Part shown: piece by piece, positions 60,401-64,000 of the stretch
How the letters are laid out: every line of letters begins with the position of its first letter
Numbering within the stretch: the first letter of the stretch is position 1
Assembly: GCA_950097015.1 (NCBI GenBank)
Contig: CATNEN010000011.1
Span: forward strand, 372,001 to 436,000
Direction of reading: 5' to 3'
Origin: Macrostomum hystrix
Taxonomy: Eukaryota; Animalia; Platyhelminthes
DNA length: 64,000 nt
Position numbers and translations under genes: made by a program
The notes under the pieces: model-generated
What the model saw: the letters and a program-made list of their open reading frames with translations, nothing else
Told to the model about the DNA's origin: nothing
Databases searched by the model: none

Positions 60401-63359
60401 TCAGATTCTCTCATGATGAGTGAGAGTTGAGTCTCAGATTCTCTCATGATGAGTGAGAGTTGAGTCTCGGATTCTCTCATGATTAGTGAGAGTTGAGTCT
60501 CAGATTCTCTCATAATGAGTGAGAGTTGAGTCTCGGATTCTCTCATGATGAGTGAGAGTTGAGTCTCGGATTCTCTCGTGATGAGTGAGAGTTGAGTCTC
60601 AGATTCTCTCATGATGAGTGAGAGTTGAGTCTCGGATTCTCTCATGATGAGTGAGAGTTGAGTCTCAGATTCTCTCATGATGAGTGAGAGTTGAGTCTCG
60701 GATTCTCTCATGATGAGTGAGAGTTGAGTCTCAGATTCCTCATGATGAGGGAGGGTTAAGGAGAAGTTAAGCACCCTTTACTTTAAAACGCTTGTTAATA
60801 ATTCTTCAAGTTCTGACGCCAGTCACTTTTCCTGTGCATTAACCAGGGCCTGATAGTCGACCAGACAATCGAGAAGGTGTCCTTCTGCGCCCCGGACCGC
60901 AATCACGACAAAGGCTTTGCCTATATTTGTCGGGACGGCACGACCCGTAGGTGGATGTGTCACGGCTTCCTGGCGGTCAAGGAGTCAGTAAGTGTCGGTA
61001 TCGTTTCCATCGCTGATTATTGATTGATGCAGCTTTTTTTATTAGTAACCGTATCTCTTATGATAAAATATGATTTTTAATTAACAACTGCACAACGATA
61101 ATCGGATCGGTGAGCTTGATTACATGTTCTTGATTTTCAGAAAACTCAAATTTTCGCTTCTGTGATTTTTCGCTTCTTAAATGAACAACGAAACCACGCA
61201 ACCTAGTTGTATTCGTTCTAGAAACTGATCTCTAGACCTCTAACACTCTCCTCTCTCCTCTCTCCTGTCCTATCCTACTATCTCCTCTCTCCTGTCCTAT
61301 CCTACTATCTCCTCTCTCCTGTCCTATCCTACTATCTCCTCTCTCCTGTCCTATCCTACTATCTCCTCTCTCCTGTCCTATCCTACTCTCTCCTCTCTCC
61401 TATTTTACTATCTCCTCTCTCCTCTCTCCTATTTTACTCTCTCCTCTCTCCTCTCTCCTCTCTCCCCTCTCCTATCCTATTATACTATCTCCTCTCTCCT
61501 GTCCTATTCTATCTCCTCTCTCCTCTCTCCTGTCCTGTCCCATCTCTCTTCGCTTTCCTGTCCTATCGACTTTGTCATATCTAACCCGTGCCCAACGTCT
61601 CCAACTAACAGGGTGAGCGGCTGTCGCACGCGGTGGGCTGCGCTTTCGCCATCTGCCTTGAGCGCAAGCAGCAGACTGAGCGCGAGAAAGAGTCCGCAGC
61701 CCAGGTGCAAGTTCAATACAACGACAAGGGCACCGTGTTCGAGAGGACCGGTTCCTTCCGTCAGACCACCCTAACGGAGCGCAAGCTGGATCCGCAGAGC
61801 GCCATCATCTCCGAGCCGGTTCCCGTTACTCAGCGGCCGGAGGCTAAGCTGGATTCACGCGTGTCAGTCCCCAGACCGCAGGCCAATCCGGACCTCATGT
61901 ACCAGAGGCAGGCCTCTTTAAGACTATTTCCCAAGCTGGAGTCGACTGGGGCGGCCGCTTTTAAAGATAGGGCCTATTCTTCTATGCGCATGACGCCAGC
62001 TGAGGCGCAGCAAGCCAGGATTGGCTTGGCCTCCAGAACTGGCGCTGCTGGCATCGGTGAGTTCAGGGTTTTATCAGATTTTTTAAACTGATTTGTGAAT
62101 ATTGATTCTCTCTTTTGGGATAATCATCCCGATTTCTTTTTTGTTCCTACAAATGTTTCTTATTCAGATAAATCGATTCCACATTCATGAGTGTGTTGAT
62201 TTGTCCTATGATATGTGATATGGGATATCCAATATCGATCGTAGAATATTCCTTTGATATCGATTCTTGGATATTGATAACTGGGATATCTGAATATTCT
62301 TGGGATATCGATCCTGAGTTATTCCTTGGATATCGATTCTAGGATTTTCCTGGGATATCACTACTGGAATATTAATCCTGGGATATCGATCCTGGAATAT
62401 TGATCCTGTGATCCTGGGATCGATCTTGGGATATCTATCCTGGGATATCTATCCTGGAATTTCGATCCTGGGATATCGTTCTTGGGATATCGATCCTGGG
62501 ATATCGTTCTTGGGATATCGATCCTGGGATATCGTTCTTGGGATATCGATCCTGGGATATCGTTCTTGGGATATCGATCCTGGGATATCGTTCTTGGGAT
62601 ATCGATCCTGGGATATCGTTCTTGGGATATCGATCCTGGGATATCGTTCTTGGGATATCGATCCTGGGATTCGATCCTGGAATGTTGAATCTAAGCATCA
62701 AGCCTAAAAAGGCCTCCTCCTCACTGCTTTCGCTTCTTCTGATCCTCTCCAAGCAGGCTCGGCCATACCCGAGGCATCCGCCTCCACGGAGCTGTTGGAC
62801 TCGGTGCCTCCGCTGCCGCAGCCGCCCGCCAACATGCATGCGACTCCGATTAACACAAGCAGCTTTGGCGGCGGTCGGCAGTTAGGCGCCCTTAGCGAAG
62901 CCGAAGAGAATTTCAGTGGAACAGCTGCTCGGCAGCAGCAGCAGCAGAACGCGTGGCTGCAGTCCACCAATGGAAATGCGTCGAATAACTCCTATAATCG
63001 TAAGTTATTGCCCATTTTGGTTGAGTTGTGGAGCTGTTACTCATTTGCAACCATAAATCATTACAACCATCATTTTAGCATTCCTGTCTGTTCAGCCGCA
63101 GCATCAGGAGCAGCAGGCTGCGTTTAATTCGGTGAACTGGTCGAGCTCAAGCCAGTCTCAACACCGCCCACAGCAGCAGCAGCCGAATTGGCGCCCATTC
63201 GATTACCAGCAGTCTCCCGTAGATCCATTCGATGTAGCCTGGGCAGACAGAGCGGCTAGTGCTAATCAACCCAGTCGCACTAATCCATTTCTGCAGCAAC
63301 AGCAGCAGCAGCCACCGCAACGAGTAACTGGTGGCAAAGCTTTTGAAGTGCACATGTGA
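57425..63359 (+). CDS. NUMB: Numb (PTB-domain endocytic adaptor), about 481 aa
   Basis: Exons: 57425-57607, 57683-57757, 57851-57928, 60847-60987, 61612-62056, 62757-62999 (alternative acceptor 62712), 63079-63359; total 1446 nt in frame. Motifs [11 protein letters not shown]|[61 protein letters not shown], NumbF-like RQASLR, C-terminal DPF and NPF. Confidence 0.96.
58128..58657. mobile_element. Foldback MITE family 2, copy 2 (TTAA|CAGTAGAA...TTCTACTG|TTAA)
   Basis: TTAA on both sides (58124-58127, 58658-58661), matching termini, long imperfect inverted arms; lies in a Numb intron. Confidence 0.72.
59950..60745. repeat. 33-bp minisatellite (gagagttgagtctcagattctctcatgatgagt), about 24 units, in a Numb intron
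   Basis: Tandem periodicity; it explains the [11 protein letters not shown] repeat ORF. Confidence 0.95.
61243..61535. repeat. CT-rich about 27-bp tandem repeat in a Numb intron
   Basis: Units of ctcctctctcctgtcctatcctactat. Confidence 0.88.
62200..62690. repeat. 14/28-bp minisatellite (gggatatcgatcct gggatatcgttctt) in a Numb intron
   Basis: Degenerate at the 5' side, homogeneous at 62470-62670. Confidence 0.9.
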
Positions 63360-64000
63360 TGGCGTTCTGAAACGCATCTGCCTGCGACGAGTTTTATTTT
63401 TGCGATTGCATAGGTTCTATAGGACCCAGGAGTGTTCGTATCAATTGAGACCTTGTTCCAATAAGTGGCAGATTTGAAGATCATTGTTAAATGATGAAAT
63501 TGTAAGATTAGCTGCTTTAAAATATATATGCCTTAAAATGCTGTTGATTTAAATTTAGCATGCATGTTATTAAGTGCTATTTTCGGTGCTGTGTTTCATG
63601 GGAACAGTGTTTTTATCATGAAAAGTTGTGTGCTTACATTTTATTATTGTGCTATCATTACCAACTCCATTGTTTGAGTCAATGTTGCCATTTTGCATTG
63701 GCTCACTTATCCTGATTTTTATTCTCAATCTTTTACATAGCCTTTTAATAAGATGGTGTTTCCTGCTCACTTAATTTGCTAGTGAAATCGCGTTCTCTAT
63801 TTCTCTTTAAACTAATATCAAAATTGCATAGAATGAATCTATTTCCTTGCCCTTTTCCTCCATGGCCCTCTGTGATTCCTTTGATTCGCTGGCTAATTCA
63901 ATGCCTCAATGTTTAGCTCTGTTTGGTGTGATAGCCTTAGTTGTCATCGTTACTAATCGAGTGCTGTCTGTCTACCTCATTGAAGGAACAGTTCAAAGCA

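Noticed and set aside
59854-60774. 306-aa ORF of [11 protein letters not shown] repeats
   Set aside because: It is a by-product of a 33-bp minisatellite that lacks a stop in one frame; it is antisense within a Numb intron.
62408-62885. ORFs with LGYRSWDI repeats
   Set aside because: They come from the 14/28-bp minisatellite in a Numb intron.
758-63359. Functional cluster of cytoskeleton and polarity genes (KIFBP, formin, Numb)
   Set aside because: There is no shared regulatory signal or other evidence of co-regulation; adjacency may be chance.

Overview
This is animal genomic DNA with GT-AG introns, GC-rich exons and AT-rich, repeat-laden introns. The style is compatible with a flatworm such as Macrostomum, but that is inference and cannot be established from this window. 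Five spliced genes can be reconstructed with phase-consistent exons: KIF-binding protein (-), an ankyrin-repeat/SOCS-box protein (-), an FHDC1/INF1-type formin (-), eIF4G2/DAP5/NAT1 (-) and Numb (+). There is also a single-exon 95-aa secreted six-cysteine ORF (+) that I do not recognise. Mobile DNA comprises an intact, very young Mag-clade Ty3/gypsy element inside the ankyrin gene, an internally deleted Helitron with both ends, a decayed DIRS-order (Ngaro-like) relic, tRNA-derived SINEs, several MITE families and many intron-specific minisatellites. The most interesting signals are (i) an apparent CUG start for eIF4G2, (ii) the orphan secreted Cys peptide, (iii) over-represented TAGGCCTA motifs, one caught as a derived insertion at a TA and matching the TA|GG...CC|TA ends of resident MITEs, and (iv) a 1.36-kb inverted duplication ending exactly at a MITE terminus. 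All homology calls come from motif recognition by eye; no database search was run.
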